DNA from: Podarcis filfolensis | Taxonomy: Eukaryota | Strand: one strand, 5' to 3' | Assembly: GCA_964270895.1 (NCBI GenBank) | Contig: OZ185437.1 | Length of the DNA: 64,000 nt | Part shown: positions 40,897-52,921 of the stretch, one piece after another | Layout of the letters: the number at the start of each line of letters is the position of its first letter | How positions within the stretch are numbered: the stretch's first letter is position 1 | The notes under the pieces: generated by a model | The model's input: only the letters and a program-made list of their open reading frames with translations | The model's database searches: none | Told to the model about the DNA's origin: nothing | Program-made: the position numbers and the translations under genes

Positions 40897-43800
40897 CTTT
40901 AAACAAAGAATACAAGGCATGCATGTCATTGGTTGCACAACATTCACCACTGGCTGGAAACTGCAGCTTGGGCAGAGTGCTGCTTGAGAGCTTGCCATGT
41001 GTATCAGTTAGCCATTAGGAGAACAGAAATGCTGAACTCGATGCATCTTTGGCCTGAATAGCAGGCTATTCCCATCTTCTGATCTTCACTGGTCCACATA
41101 GCCCTGGACTCTGGTTTCTCTTAGCTTGGAGACAAATATGTGCACAAACATGTATGAACACACGTTTACTTCAATGCCGGTGACTTCTCTGAGTTGTGAT
41201 AATAATGACAATTACATTTGAAGTGAGTGTAAATGGTTGCTTCCCAACGACCCACTTGGTTTCGCATGAATTTTGTGGTGATGTTAGACAACGTCTGCTA
41301 CTTACTGAGCATTCGTCCTGATTTGTTTGTGGGAAGGTTAGATGACATCGGATCAAGCGTTATCTCACGCTTTTCAGTTTGTTTAACTGTCTCCTTTCCT
41401 TATCATCTGATTTTTTTTAAAGTGAATTTGTTGCACAAGAGCTTTGTATCAACTTTAATTGTGCAACGTTGATTTGAACACCGCTGGGAAAGAGCAACAG
41501 TTTGAAACTGTCTATTGTCTGTGACACACAGCCCTTTATAAATTTATCTAGCACAACTGCATAAACAGACTTGCCATTTCAGTTCTGTGATAGGATATCT
41601 CTGCATCTCCTAGTGAATATTTCTGCTCCCTTGTTTGTTGAAGTTCAGAGCTGCCCTGCTCAAAACTAAGCCATTTTCGTGGAGCATAGATTTGTATAGG
41701 AGAATACAGAAGAGGCACTTTCCACATGGATTTGTGCCCCCGTGTCTGGAATGCTTTACATACCTGCAGCCTTGCAATTAATAGAATTTATATTTCAATA
41801 AACCACAGCAGTCCTTTGCCAGATGTTCTAATTGTGTAAAAATTAGTTTATGAACTTACCCGCTCCTCAAGCATACCAAAACTGTCTTATGTAGCCTGAA
41901 CATTATTTGCATAAACTGGTTGAAGTCAGCGTAATCTTATATATCATCTGCAGAGTTAAAGTTTCACAATTGCAAATCCCTGGCAAATCAAGTACAGATG
42001 GACCTCTTTTGCCCTCAGGCCTCGGCCTGTCAGCTCACTTCTCTCACTTGTATCTTTCTCCCGAACATTTTTCACTACTAGTAGTCATTGAAAACTGTTT
42101 ATGTAGATACATTGCAGGTACTAAACATGACACTGAACATTAGTCATGTGGGCCTTTCCCCTTTGATCACATTTCCTGACAAAATAGGGTTGGCATGTAA
42201 TTCTGGGCGTCTGGTTGTACCACCTGGAAAAATTTGCTCTGCCAATCAGCAGATGCCAGACAGATTGTTCCAGTTTGTTGCGAGATGTTTCAGATAAGGA
42301 GGAGTCAGCCAAATAAATGGTTAAACCTGAACTGGCAAATTCCATCAGGTACTTGCGGAAAAATCAACGAAGGGGCACATGTGGTCTTAACAGCCTAAAG
42401 CGGTGTTGGATGCAAGGGTGTTAAAACCAAAGCGATGATCATTGTTTTAGTGTGCCCTAATGTCTAAATAATAATAATACTTGCAAGTTATTAAATCTGT
42501 TTGCAAGTTATTAAAAGTCACATTACCAATTCTTGCTAATAGTGGGGTATTAGTGAAGGGGACAAAAAGGCATGTTTTGAATACCAGAAGGGCTGGCAGT
42601 CTCGGGATTTGTTTCTGATTATTTTAAGATTTAACCATATTTCCTTTGCTGGTACCCAGTTGCTATTTATTTGGCTTTAGTCTTTGATCTCCCTTATGCT
42701 GGCACATCATAAAAAACATATCCCTGTTCAAGTTCTGTATTATGCAGTTGCTTTTTCCTTGGTATGTTCGCCCGGCTAGCTGCGCATACGGAATAAGACT
42801 CTCTTTGTTTTTGATAGAGTCCAGGTGTTTATCGCTAAAGCTTACTAATGGATTTGACCGCAAAAATATACATGCAAGAGGCAAGCTGAAAAATGAATGG
42901 CAAAACTACTGGTTTGATAACCTGAGGCCTGCTGTACAGTAACCAAACAACACCCACCCTTGCACAAAGTGAGTTCTGTGAAAGCCCGAATGTTGAATTC
43001 CGTTCTTGGTTTGTGCTGGGCAAAACCATTACCTACCACAAACTAAAATTTGAGGTTTCCATGAAGCAGAAACTTACTTTGTACCACAAATCTTGTTAGA
43101 ACTTGTTTTGTTTGGAGAAAATGGCAATTAATTTTGTTCCATGGGAAACAATGGGCCCTGACTTCTATGTGGGCCTGTAGTCATCAATATGGAAAGTTGA
43201 TTTTTCCAGGAGCTTTGAACAATTTCCACCTGGACACTATTTCTGAAGGCCTAACCCCAGCAATGTCTGGGAGATTCCAACCGTACTGCAACCCCAGACC
43301 TAGTGTCTTTAAGAAATATTGTTTGTTTTACAAACTGGGTTTGGTTGGAGGGAGTTCAGAACAGTACATCCCCAGAGTTTCTCTTGTTGCTCCTTTCATT
43401 GCTTCAGCAAGCTTGGGTCCCAAGTCATGGCTTCCAGCCTCTCAGTGCAGCCTCTCCCAGCCAGTATGCATGGAGTTCTACTTGGCCCACCCTTTCTCCC
43501 TCACAAAAGCCCTTATCAAAAACCTCAGTTTTAAAGGGACACCTTTTTCCTATGGTGACATCATTCCCTCTGTTACTATGGCAGCCTCCCCCTCCATGCC
43601 AGCACCGTCTTCTGCTTGGTTGAGGGCTCCCATTATAAAACAAACCAAGCCATTATATACCTTTTGTGTCTTCAAGGACACTACGCAGGCCTCATGAAGA
43701 AGCTAGATGGTGTTATTTCCAGCCCTTGCTAAATTCATGAATTTGAGTTTGTTTAAATTCTTACCCTAATGTAGAGATTTGGGGGCAGGGAGTCCTGCCC

Positions 43801-44853
43801 ACCAAACTCATCACAGTATTCACACTGCTATATGTATATATTTTAAAAAGATATTACAGTGGGAAAAGGCCCACAGGTTACAAAGAAGCCAAATTCTTCT
43901 CTAGATTGAGAGAGCCAATATTTTATATATTAAAAAGACAGCACATATTTTTCAATACAAACAGCAGCCATTAATGAAGGAACCGCAGGGGGAAAACGTT
44001 ATCCAAGAGATGACTAGATCTTTGCCATCAGTGATGAGAAAATGCCATGACCCAGAAAAATACAAGTGTCTCCTCCACTTTGGTATGTAACAGAGAATTG
44101 CTTGGAATGCCGGAACCAAAGCAAAATAAACACACTCAGCATTGCCTAATGAGCAGAAGGGCTTTAACTCTGGCTGCTGGAGACAATCCTGGGTCCAGGA
44201 AAACAGCAATTTGTGCACCTCTTATATTCAACAGTAGGACTTGTATGGACACTGAGTATGTGTCAAACGGAATCTTTGTGCCAGGAAGTGACAGAGGGAT
44301 ATGAAAATAATCCCTGGAGTGCATCTGTTCCTGTTAGATTTCTGGATAGCTTTTCCAAATACCAATTTTATATATAGGCTCCATTTGATTATGAACACTC
44401 ACATTTTTAAAAGGGTGCCATCTCTTTCTGAGGGTACAGCTCTCACCCTCCGAAGCATACAGCTGTATTCCAGACACAAATTAACAGCTGCAGTTTGATT
44501 GCTGCTGAAACCTTAAATACTTGCACCTGTTGTTAACTCTGTTTTGTGGTTGTGCATTTTGTAGCTCTTGTTATTTGAAAAATACAGCCCTCGGGCTCTG
44601 CTCTTCAAGCCTTTTGCAGCAAAGCAGACCCAGCTTGCTTTAGTGTGGATAAGGGCTCTGCAGGCCCAACGCGTGCATCTGCTACTTCAGCAAATGTGTG
44701 TACAGAACTGGGTGTCAGCATGGTTGTGGCACTGTGAAATTATGAGGGGCACCTACAGTTGTGCACAGCAGGGAAATCTGATGCTACTTTCATGAGCCAA
44801 ATTCACTATGGCCAGAACAATCTGTGCTAAAAACTAAAGTGTTGCTACACCAA

Positions 44854-44935
44854 GACAGGAGTGCCTGGTGTGCTCTGGTCTATGGGGTCACGAAGAATCG
44901 GACACGACTAAACGAGTAAACAACTAAACAACAAC
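44854..44935 (+). mobile_element. Bov-B (RTE) LINE extreme 3' end
   Basis: ggagtgcctggtgtgctctggtctatggggtcacgaagaatcggacacgactaaacga followed by a CAA-type tail. Confidence 0.8.
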
Positions 44936-46639
44936 ACACCGTGGTAAATTGTTTTACAACAAATGCTGAACTTCTCAACTTATATAATACATATGCAAAC
45001 TTAAGCAAAATTGCACCACTTAAGATGAGTAATTTATTCTGCAGTTTTTTTAAAACTACCATGCTCCTGCTTGTTGAGAGGAAGAGAAGGGATTTTGCAG
45101 ATCTCTGGCAAATCTTATACAGCAGCTTGTCTGGCTTTGAGATGTCACCAGTGTTTCAAACATGCCATGAGGGCTAGAACCTTTTAGTTTAGTTTTGTTG
45201 TTGTTCTTGTTTATAAAGAAGCTGAGATTCTTAGGAAACTGAATTCTGCACTCAGCATTCTGTGCCTTTTTGGAACTTCTGTGGGTTTGCATCTTACAGC
45301 GTTTTGTGTTATTATAAGACATGACACAATTATGGTGTGTGAAGAAAGGAGGGAAGATAAGGCTGGGATGAGGACGTGTAGTCTGATCTCACTGAAACTA
45401 TCAAGGGGAATCTTGCAAAGAATTTTGGAAAGAAAGGAATGCCATTTTCCTATGGATAGGAGATGACAGATACCCTCCCTCATCTGATGGTCAGAATTAT
45501 TGTTTATTACAAATTGTATGCCAAAAGTTAGTTTTTGAGCAGTCCCCTTTAACAGTAGGTCTTTAACAGCAATTAGTAGGTATAATGTTTTGCTTTATGC
45601 CATGAAACGCATCTGCAAATCAAAGGTCTATGAAAGGGACAAAAACAAGCTGTTAGTTGGCCAACCCTTTACCATGCAATAGGAACAGTATTAATTTAAT
45701 TGTCCTACACTGCACTGGGTGAAATGCAGTATTGGCTTGGCAAATAGTTAGCAGCTGGTGGCAGGCAGTGTTTGTCCTTAAGTACACTTTCATTTGGCCT
45801 GTGGGATCGTCCTGGAGATTCTTCACTCCACCATATGCTTATCATGCCTTTTTCTGTGGCCCCAGGCGATAATGACAACGGCCTTGGAAGAAAATTTCAA
45901 AAAGTGCAGCTGCTTTATTAAGCATTTGATTTAATTACGGCATTTGAGGCTGGTATGTGCTAGTTCAGGCTTGTTTCTCGAGAGCTTTGCTTATGTAGCT
46001 TTGCAAAATACAGGGTGACTTTCTAGCAGAAGAGATGGCAATAAGCACCAGATCTTGTTTGGTCTAAGCTGAACCCTCATCTTCTCCTCAGAGTGCCCCA
46101 ATCAAGAGATTTCAGAATACCCTATGAATACATGCTAACCTTATCTTAGAAAACTGGCTTGGAGTAACTCTTACTGGTAGTGAATGATCAGTGTGAAGCC
46201 TTTAAAACAAGGCTGAGGAAGCTCTTGACCCTGCAGAAAGTACATTGTTGCATCCAGTGATACAGTATTTTTGGAAAAATGTCGCATGAGGGAGTTTTGC
46301 TCAGTGACATAGCTGTTTATAATTTAGGACTTGACTCAGTTGCAGGGTAAACAGAATGTTCCTGAAGGGGAAAGGAAAGATACCACAATGGATTCAGTTT
46401 TGGGCTCTGTGTGTGTGGGCTTTCCAGATCTTTCTATTTTGGTCTGTACTTAGCATTTCCAACAGCACAGCAAAGGCTCTGGGGTTGCACTGTGCATTTA
46501 CATGTCGTAGTCAGGAACCAATTCCCAAGAATAAAACACAGGGACACAAAATGGTCCATCTGTCTATATCAGGGCTTTTGCCCATGGAATAAAGTGTGTG
46601 TATTTGTATGTATTTGCCCTGTTCTCCCTTTCCTCATTT

Positions 46640-46783
46640 AATTTCTACAACAACTCTGAGAGCAGGTGAGGCTAAGAGGCACTGATTGGCCCAAGGTCAC
46701 CCAGTGAGCTTTATGGCTGAGTGGGGATTTGAACCCTGGCCACCCAGGTCCTAGTCTGACACTCTAGCCACTACACAACACTG
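46640..46783 (-). mobile_element. tRNA-derived SINE head fragment
   Basis: ggcccaaggtcacccagtgagc...ggatttgaaccc...ccactacacaacactg is the reverse complement of an A/B-box head. Confidence 0.75.
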
Positions 46784-47179
46784 TCAGTAAGAAATATTTC
46801 TCTATATATTATATCAATTATTTTTACCTTTGCACCTATATATACAAGTTACTATATGCAAATCTGCTGTCTCCCTTGAACTTTTAATGAACCTTTGAAC
46901 TCTAATGAACTTTTAGTTGGTTGGGGGTTGCTGGCTTTTCCTTGCTAGCTCCAGTCATTCACGAACATAAGCATTTGTCGGTTAGCTTTCTATGGAGGTA
47001 CAGAGCATAGAATTGGTTGATAAAAACAACAGTGAAATTCAACAATTAAACCTCCCAAGTAGAATCAAATAAAAGCAGCCAGCACCAATACCCCAGCAGC
47101 CAGAACTAATACCCCAGCAAAAAACCATGAGTATATTGTTTAAGAAAGCATAGCTAAAAGCAACTACCAGGCACCTTCC

Positions 47180-47330
47180 CCAAACAATTGCCTGGAGGGA
47201 AATGCCTTGTGAAATAAAAGGCCTTAGGCAGACAGTAAAACAGAGCAATGGAAGGGGCCAAAGGGCTCTCTCTAGGCAGGGAGTTCCATAAGGAGATGCC
47301 ACCACCAAGAAAGTCCTGCCCTATGGTTCC
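47180..47330 (-). mobile_element. Old L2 fragment
   Basis: ggcagggagttccataaggagatgccaccaccaagaaagtcct is the reverse complement of the L2 RAFS..AP.LWN.LP segment. Confidence 0.55.
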
Positions 47331-48729
47331 TCAGACTGGGTGAGAGTAAGGACTGGATGAGGCACAGCCCAAGGAAACATCAGCAACTATAAATGATGGG
47401 AATAATTAAATCTAGGAGGAAGCAATCCCTAACATATGACAGGGGGTCTGTGACCTACTCCAGAAAAGACATGTGGAATTCTACTGTATTCTCCTCAGTT
47501 ACAGCTTCTGAATTCTCCTGAGTTACAGCCCCACATGAATCACATAACAGAAGTCCTGAAAGGAGCTTACCATGTCATGGACGATAGTCGCAAAACTGGG
47601 ATCAAGGCGGAACAACTACATATGGCTTACCATGCAGAGTGAGTGTGGTGTTCCTTACTACTGCTATAGCATTCTTTTGACATTTTGGAGGTGGGGGTGT
47701 CTATTTTCCCCAAATAAATACTAAATAATACAATCTGGAGCACCCTTATACTGTGGATTTATTCCTTTAGGAGCATTATGATCCCTTCAAGACTTGGCAG
47801 ATTTCCCACCCTACATAGATAATCAATGCAACCCAGTAAATCCTGGAGCAACTCCACTACAACCCACTCAATTACTTTGCCCACAAATGACATATGGCTC
47901 AGCTAAGCAAATGCCTTCTTGGAACTCACTGGCCCCTATGCGCAGGATTGTTCTCGGCTATATTTATATACTTAAACTAGAGAGGCTAACAATTCATTCC
48001 TGGAATACTAGTCAATTTGAGTCATCTGTATCTAGTACATCTTTAATCTTAGCCAGAAATGCATGATTAGAAGAGGTTGTTTAATTCTCATGTGGAATTC
48101 AGCTGAGCTGCAAATATTGTAAACAAAAGGGGTCTTTCAGATGTGGTTGAGAACTTTTGAAGTGGATCTTGTTGAGAGGAGGACAGTTGCATGGACAGAA
48201 AATCTGTGGCTATCTTGCTGCACAACATTTGCGCTGTTTAGTTGAAAATGTTTATGTGGATTATTTATTTATTTGGGGAATGTGACATTCAAAGTGAGAA
48301 AAATGGAAAGGTTATTGTATCCTACTTGTAGTAGTATTCAACAGGCCTTGATGGCAAGAGGTCTTTGAAACTGGTAGGGAGGCTTGGTGACCAAGGAGGA
48401 CCAAAGGTGGGGCCACAGGCAGGGCAAAGTTTTTCTGGTTTCCTCCCCATCCTCCTCCCTTGCAATGGTAATGTGGACACATTGCAGTTGTGCAAATATT
48501 TATGCACCTAATTTAACAAAGGCTATTTAACCTTGTACGGCCTGGTGTGGGTTCATGCCACAATAAACCTGCATTAATGGGGGATTGTCCCTGATAAGTC
48601 TTTATAGGATTGCAGCCTCAATTGTTTAGTCTTAAAAGCACCACATAGAACTGTTAACAGGGGCCTCCATATACTTCTAGGCCCATTGAAAAGATCCTGC
48701 CCCCTCCAGCTTATTCACTTCTACATCAT

Positions 48730-49260
48730 CATGATCATCACAATTAATTTATTCCTTATACCCCACCCATCTGATTCGGGGGGCATTCTACAGGGTGGGA
48801 TCTCTGCCTGGTTCCCTGTAGTTTCACTTCTCACAGTGAGGGAACCACCAGAAGGCCCTCGGAGCTGGACCTCAGTGTCTAGGCTGGATGATGAGGGCGG
48901 AGACAGTCCTTGAAGTATACAGGGCCAAAGCCATTTAGGGCTTTAAAGGTCAACACCAACACTTTGAATTGTGCTCGGAAACATACCGGGAGCCAATGTA
49001 GGTCTTTTAGGGCTGGTGCTATATGGCACCAGCAGCCTCTCCCAGTCAGCTGTCTGCAATCTGGATTAACTGAAGTTTCTAAGTTGCCTTCAAAGGTAGC
49101 CCCACATAAAACACACTGCAGTAGTCCAAGTGGGAGATAACCAGAGCATGTGCCACTCAGGCGAGACAGTGCATAGGCAGGTAGGGTCTCAGCCAGTGTA
49201 CCAGATGGAGCTGGTAGACAGCAGCCCTGGACACAGAATTGACCTGTGCCTCCATAGACC
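48730..49260 (-). mobile_element. L2 LINE 3' fragment
   Basis: Minus-strand HIAPALKDLHWLPVCFRAQFKVLVLTFKALNGFGPVYFKDCLRPHHPA; same family as 37600-38230. Confidence 0.9.
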
Positions 49261-50393
49261 ACCTTGAGCTGCTTGGAGAAATGTGTGTGTAATACTGATA
49301 AGCAAATAGTAATAAAAAATTATAAGCCTTGTTGCCCCTGATTTTGAATTGGAAGCATGAACAACAGCAGCAGCAGCAGCAGCAGCCTTAAAAAAAAAAA
49401 GAAAGAATCTGGGACACAGTTGGGATGTTCAGGCCTGCAAACTCTGACCTTTACATGTAGGTCCTTGGCAGATCCAATGTGTGGCTGTCAGCTGGGACAG
49501 GCTTGGCTGTGTGGGGTGTTCAGGAAGGTGCAATTCATGTTCCCATACTTCACATAGGCTCTGCACCCCAAGTTCTCACCTGAACCACCCCCTGCTCCAT
49601 TCTACTTTTTGTACTAGCTTTTAATTCGTCTTAAAATTATACCGTCTTTATACTCACAACAACCCTGCCAAGTCACTTACAGTGTCATTTTAGTGGTCAA
49701 GTGCAGATTTATTCTAATTTCTTTCAGTGGCTGTGATGCAAAGAACCATAGAACGAGCTTCACACACCAAATTGGGCTTGGGGCTTCCAGATCCCATCCC
49801 TTTTTAAGTAGAGGGGCTTTCAAAAGTAGCTTTCAATGTGACATTGGAGCCTGCTGTTCAAAACAAGATTTTGGACTTGCCTAAGGTAGATCTTTGGATC
49901 TCAACCCCTGAATTTCCTTCAATTGTTTTTCCAGTTCTCACTGATATATAGCGAATAAGATTCACTCTAAGAGCACTGTTAGGAATAGTGTTGACATGTT
50001 GCAGTTTAAAATATTTGAAGCTATGGGAATGTCCTATTAAAAAGGCTTAATTTAAATAGCTCGCACAGAACGGACACAAAATAGCACTGTGTGACGGGAC
50101 TGAATCATACCTTACAAAATGTTATGAAACAAGAACCCTAATCCAGATCCTATTAATGTCAACCATAGGAATCTTTCCTTTGCTTGCAGTGGATTTGGAT
50201 AAGATACTAAGACACAGCTATTTATTCAACTGCCAAGAGCTCCCCCAACATTAAAGGAACCATATTTTATTTTCTGAGGGGGGCAAAGCCAAATATTGTA
50301 AAATGAAAACATTTCCTGTAAACGTAATCCTTAGACGCCAGATTTCAGCAAAAAGCAAAAAAGCTGTGAGACAGGGAGTTCTGTTCAGCATGC

Positions 50394-50397
<4 letters not shown>

Positions 50398-50439
<42 letters not shown>
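50398..50439. repeat. (GT)n microsatellite
   Basis: Pure GT run. Confidence 0.97.
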
Positions 50440-50440
<1 letters not shown>

Positions 50441-50886
50441 CTGCCTCTGGGCTTCTCACTTTTTTGTTCTATGCACATCTTTCACTGCATAAGAAACCTC
50501 CTTTGAAACTCCTCATCGGTTGTCAGGCAGCAATGAGAACTCCGGTTGCTAGGGAAAGGGAGACTGAATCACAGAAACTCCAATAAATATGTGCTCTGGT
50601 TCCCATTTAAGAATAGTCCCCCATTAGGGTTGCCAGGTCAGGAGCATACCAGACCCTGTGATATCAGGGCCCAAGCCTGAGACCTAGAGGTGGCCCCTGG
50701 TGATGTCACGGGGGAACCCCCTAGTGATTCTTCCTCTGCCTCCCATATACCACCAAGCCCTGGAGATGGAGATTAATTGGGAGAGGGGAGGAGGGAACGG
50801 AACAGGGCAGAGCCCCTGCCCCAAGAGTCTATGCAGTAACTTGCAACTAGTTCCTGCGAGGCTGAAGCTTGCCAGCTTAATGCATA

Positions 50887-51258
50887 AGGTAAAGGTAAAG
50901 GTAAAGGTAAAGGTACCCCTGCCCGTACGGGCCAGTCTTGCCAGACTCTAGGGTTGTGCGCTCATCTCACTCTATAGGCCGGGAGCCAGCGCTGTCCGCA
51001 GACACTTCCGGGTCACGTGGCCAGCGTGACAAGCTGCATCTGGCGAGCCAGCGCAGCACACGGAATGCCGTTTACCTTCCCGCTGGTAAGCGGTCCCTGT
51101 TTATCTACTTGCACCTGGGGGTGCTTTCGAACTGCTAGGTTGGCAGGCGCTGGGACCGAACGACGGGAGCGCACCCCGCCGCGGGGATTCGAACCGCCGA
51201 CCTTTCGATTGGCAAGTCCTAGGCGCTGAGGTTTCACCCACAGCGCCACCCGCATCCT
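50887..51258 (-). mobile_element. Full-length young Sauria SINE
   Basis: (ACCTTT)n tail, B box GGTTCGAATCC, many CpGs retained, 13-bp TSD AGCTTAATGCATA. Confidence 0.96.
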
Positions 51259-52684
51259 AGCTTAATGCATAGCCTTCTGCAATAATTATAATGCTCCAAT
51301 CTGTACAACCATAACATCCCAAATGGAGGGCAACTCTGATCAAGTCTGTTCAGATCTAAGGTGCGGAGGCATTTGGCCTGGGCCTCAGATTTAGACGGCC
51401 GTTAATCTATCAGCATTTTGTAAGTTCTGCCATTTGTTTCTTAGAATGTAATTGGCACATGCTCTCAAGTTTGAGCTGCATTTGCTCAGGAAAACAAACC
51501 AGGACAGGAGCAATTCTTTCCCCCTTCTCTTCTTCTGCCCTTGTACTGTAGGCTAACTTCCTGGTAACCTCTTTATATTCACTGTTCATGAGGAAATTTT
51601 GTACCTGTCAAGTAGTATTTGTTGCTGCACTAAGCTACCTTAGTAGACAGCTCAATAATAAAAATAAATTTGTGCAGAAAGCATAATCTACAGTACTGTA
51701 GCTTAGAATGGCATGGGGCACCTTTTCTTTTAAAATAATTGAATCTGACCTCTCAGTTTCTCTACAATGCATGGATCAAAACCTTAATACACATTCCTGC
51801 CCACTCCTGTCCTGATAAACTGCTAGCAGCCTTAACAGAAATAGCTCTTAAAAGCAAAGCTGCTGTTTTGATTAGCAAAACTAGCAAAGCCAAACCTGAC
51901 AATAACGCATGTGCTTTAGATTTCCCTGGTTTGAGGCACTGTTTACTCTGGCAGTGCTATCATTAAGCGAAGCTCCCCCCCCCCCCCAAAGCTGTTACAT
52001 GGTAGACTGATATTGGCTGACCCTGAAGCAAAAAATTTGAAAACAGCACATTTATTTTCCCCCTAATGCTGAACACGCATGCAATGAGGCATACTTTAGT
52101 CTAGCTTGGAAATTTTTCAAAATCGCAACTATTTGTCCCCCGTACTTGGTCTTGCATGTTTTTTTCTCCAAGTGAGGATAAAGTAACATGTTGAAAACTG
52201 ATCTTGGGGCACTGGCAGCTGTATGTTTCTCAGGGAGACGGAGCTGAGGTCCAGTGCACACAGGCAAATTTTCGAAAGAATACAGTGGGTGAGATCCAAA
52301 GGTATCTCCTGCTCACAGAGCATTGCATGGGGGTGGGGGGAGAGATGCTCTTGCACAAACATGAGAACTTGTCTATTATAGAGCAGTGTGTGAAGTCTGA
52401 AGCACACACTCAGGCAATCATTTGCGGGTCAATGCTAGCGGCCGCTTTCCACTAGAAATTCAGTTATTTAGGTCACTTCCCAGTGATCTGTTTACTGAGC
52501 CTTCATTTTGATTTGTTTGCTGGGAAGTTAGGTGACAATGGCTGTTTATGGAACATTCACTTTGATTTGCTTGCAAGGAGGTTCGACGATGTCAGATCAA
52601 CTAAGTTCTATGCCATACTTTCCAGTGCAATTTCCCAGTGATGTTCCATATCAGAAAAAGTCTGATTTTGGGAGTGAGGAAATA

Positions 52685-52921
52685 CAGTTGTACCTTAGAA
52701 GTCAAACAGAATCCATTCCAGAAGTCTGTTCGACTTCCAAAACATTCAGGAACCAAAGTGTGGCTTCTGATTGGCTGCAGCCAATCAGAAGCTGTGGAAG
52801 CCCCGTCGGACGTCTGGCTTCCAAAAATAGTTCACAAACTGGAACAGACACTTCTGGGTTTGCGGCGTTCGGGAGCCAAACCACTTGGGATCTAAGCTTT
52901 TAAAAAACCAAGGTATAACTG
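52685..52921. mobile_element. Tc1/pogo-type MITE (related family)
   Basis: TA|CAGTTGTACCTT ... AAGGTATAACTG|TA. Confidence 0.85.

Larger units (their letters stand above)
19122..44330 (-). pseudogene. Putative large multi-exon unitary pseudogene of an unidentified protein
   Basis: Candidate exons 44330-43959, 43765-41860, 41483-41306, 39283-37310 (TE-interrupted), 37246-37066, 36142-35542, 34762-~33196, 31911-31804, 30839-30772, 30253-29373, 26169-?, 25537-25476, 24943-23855, 23753-23615, 20162-19940, 19216-19122. Splice sites are polypyrimidine-AG and GT, junctions are mostly phase-compatible, and the long frames carry scattered stops. Built by hand, without a homology search. Confidence 0.6.

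Noticed and set aside
41419-41470. Hairpin GTTGCACAA/TTGTGCAAC as a structured RNA
   Set aside because: Only a 9-bp stem, and it lies inside a candidate fossil exon.
44560-45483. Further 5' exons of the fossil gene (e.g. ORF 45211-45483)
   Set aside because: Protein-like stretches exist, but I could not link them with phase-compatible splice sites.
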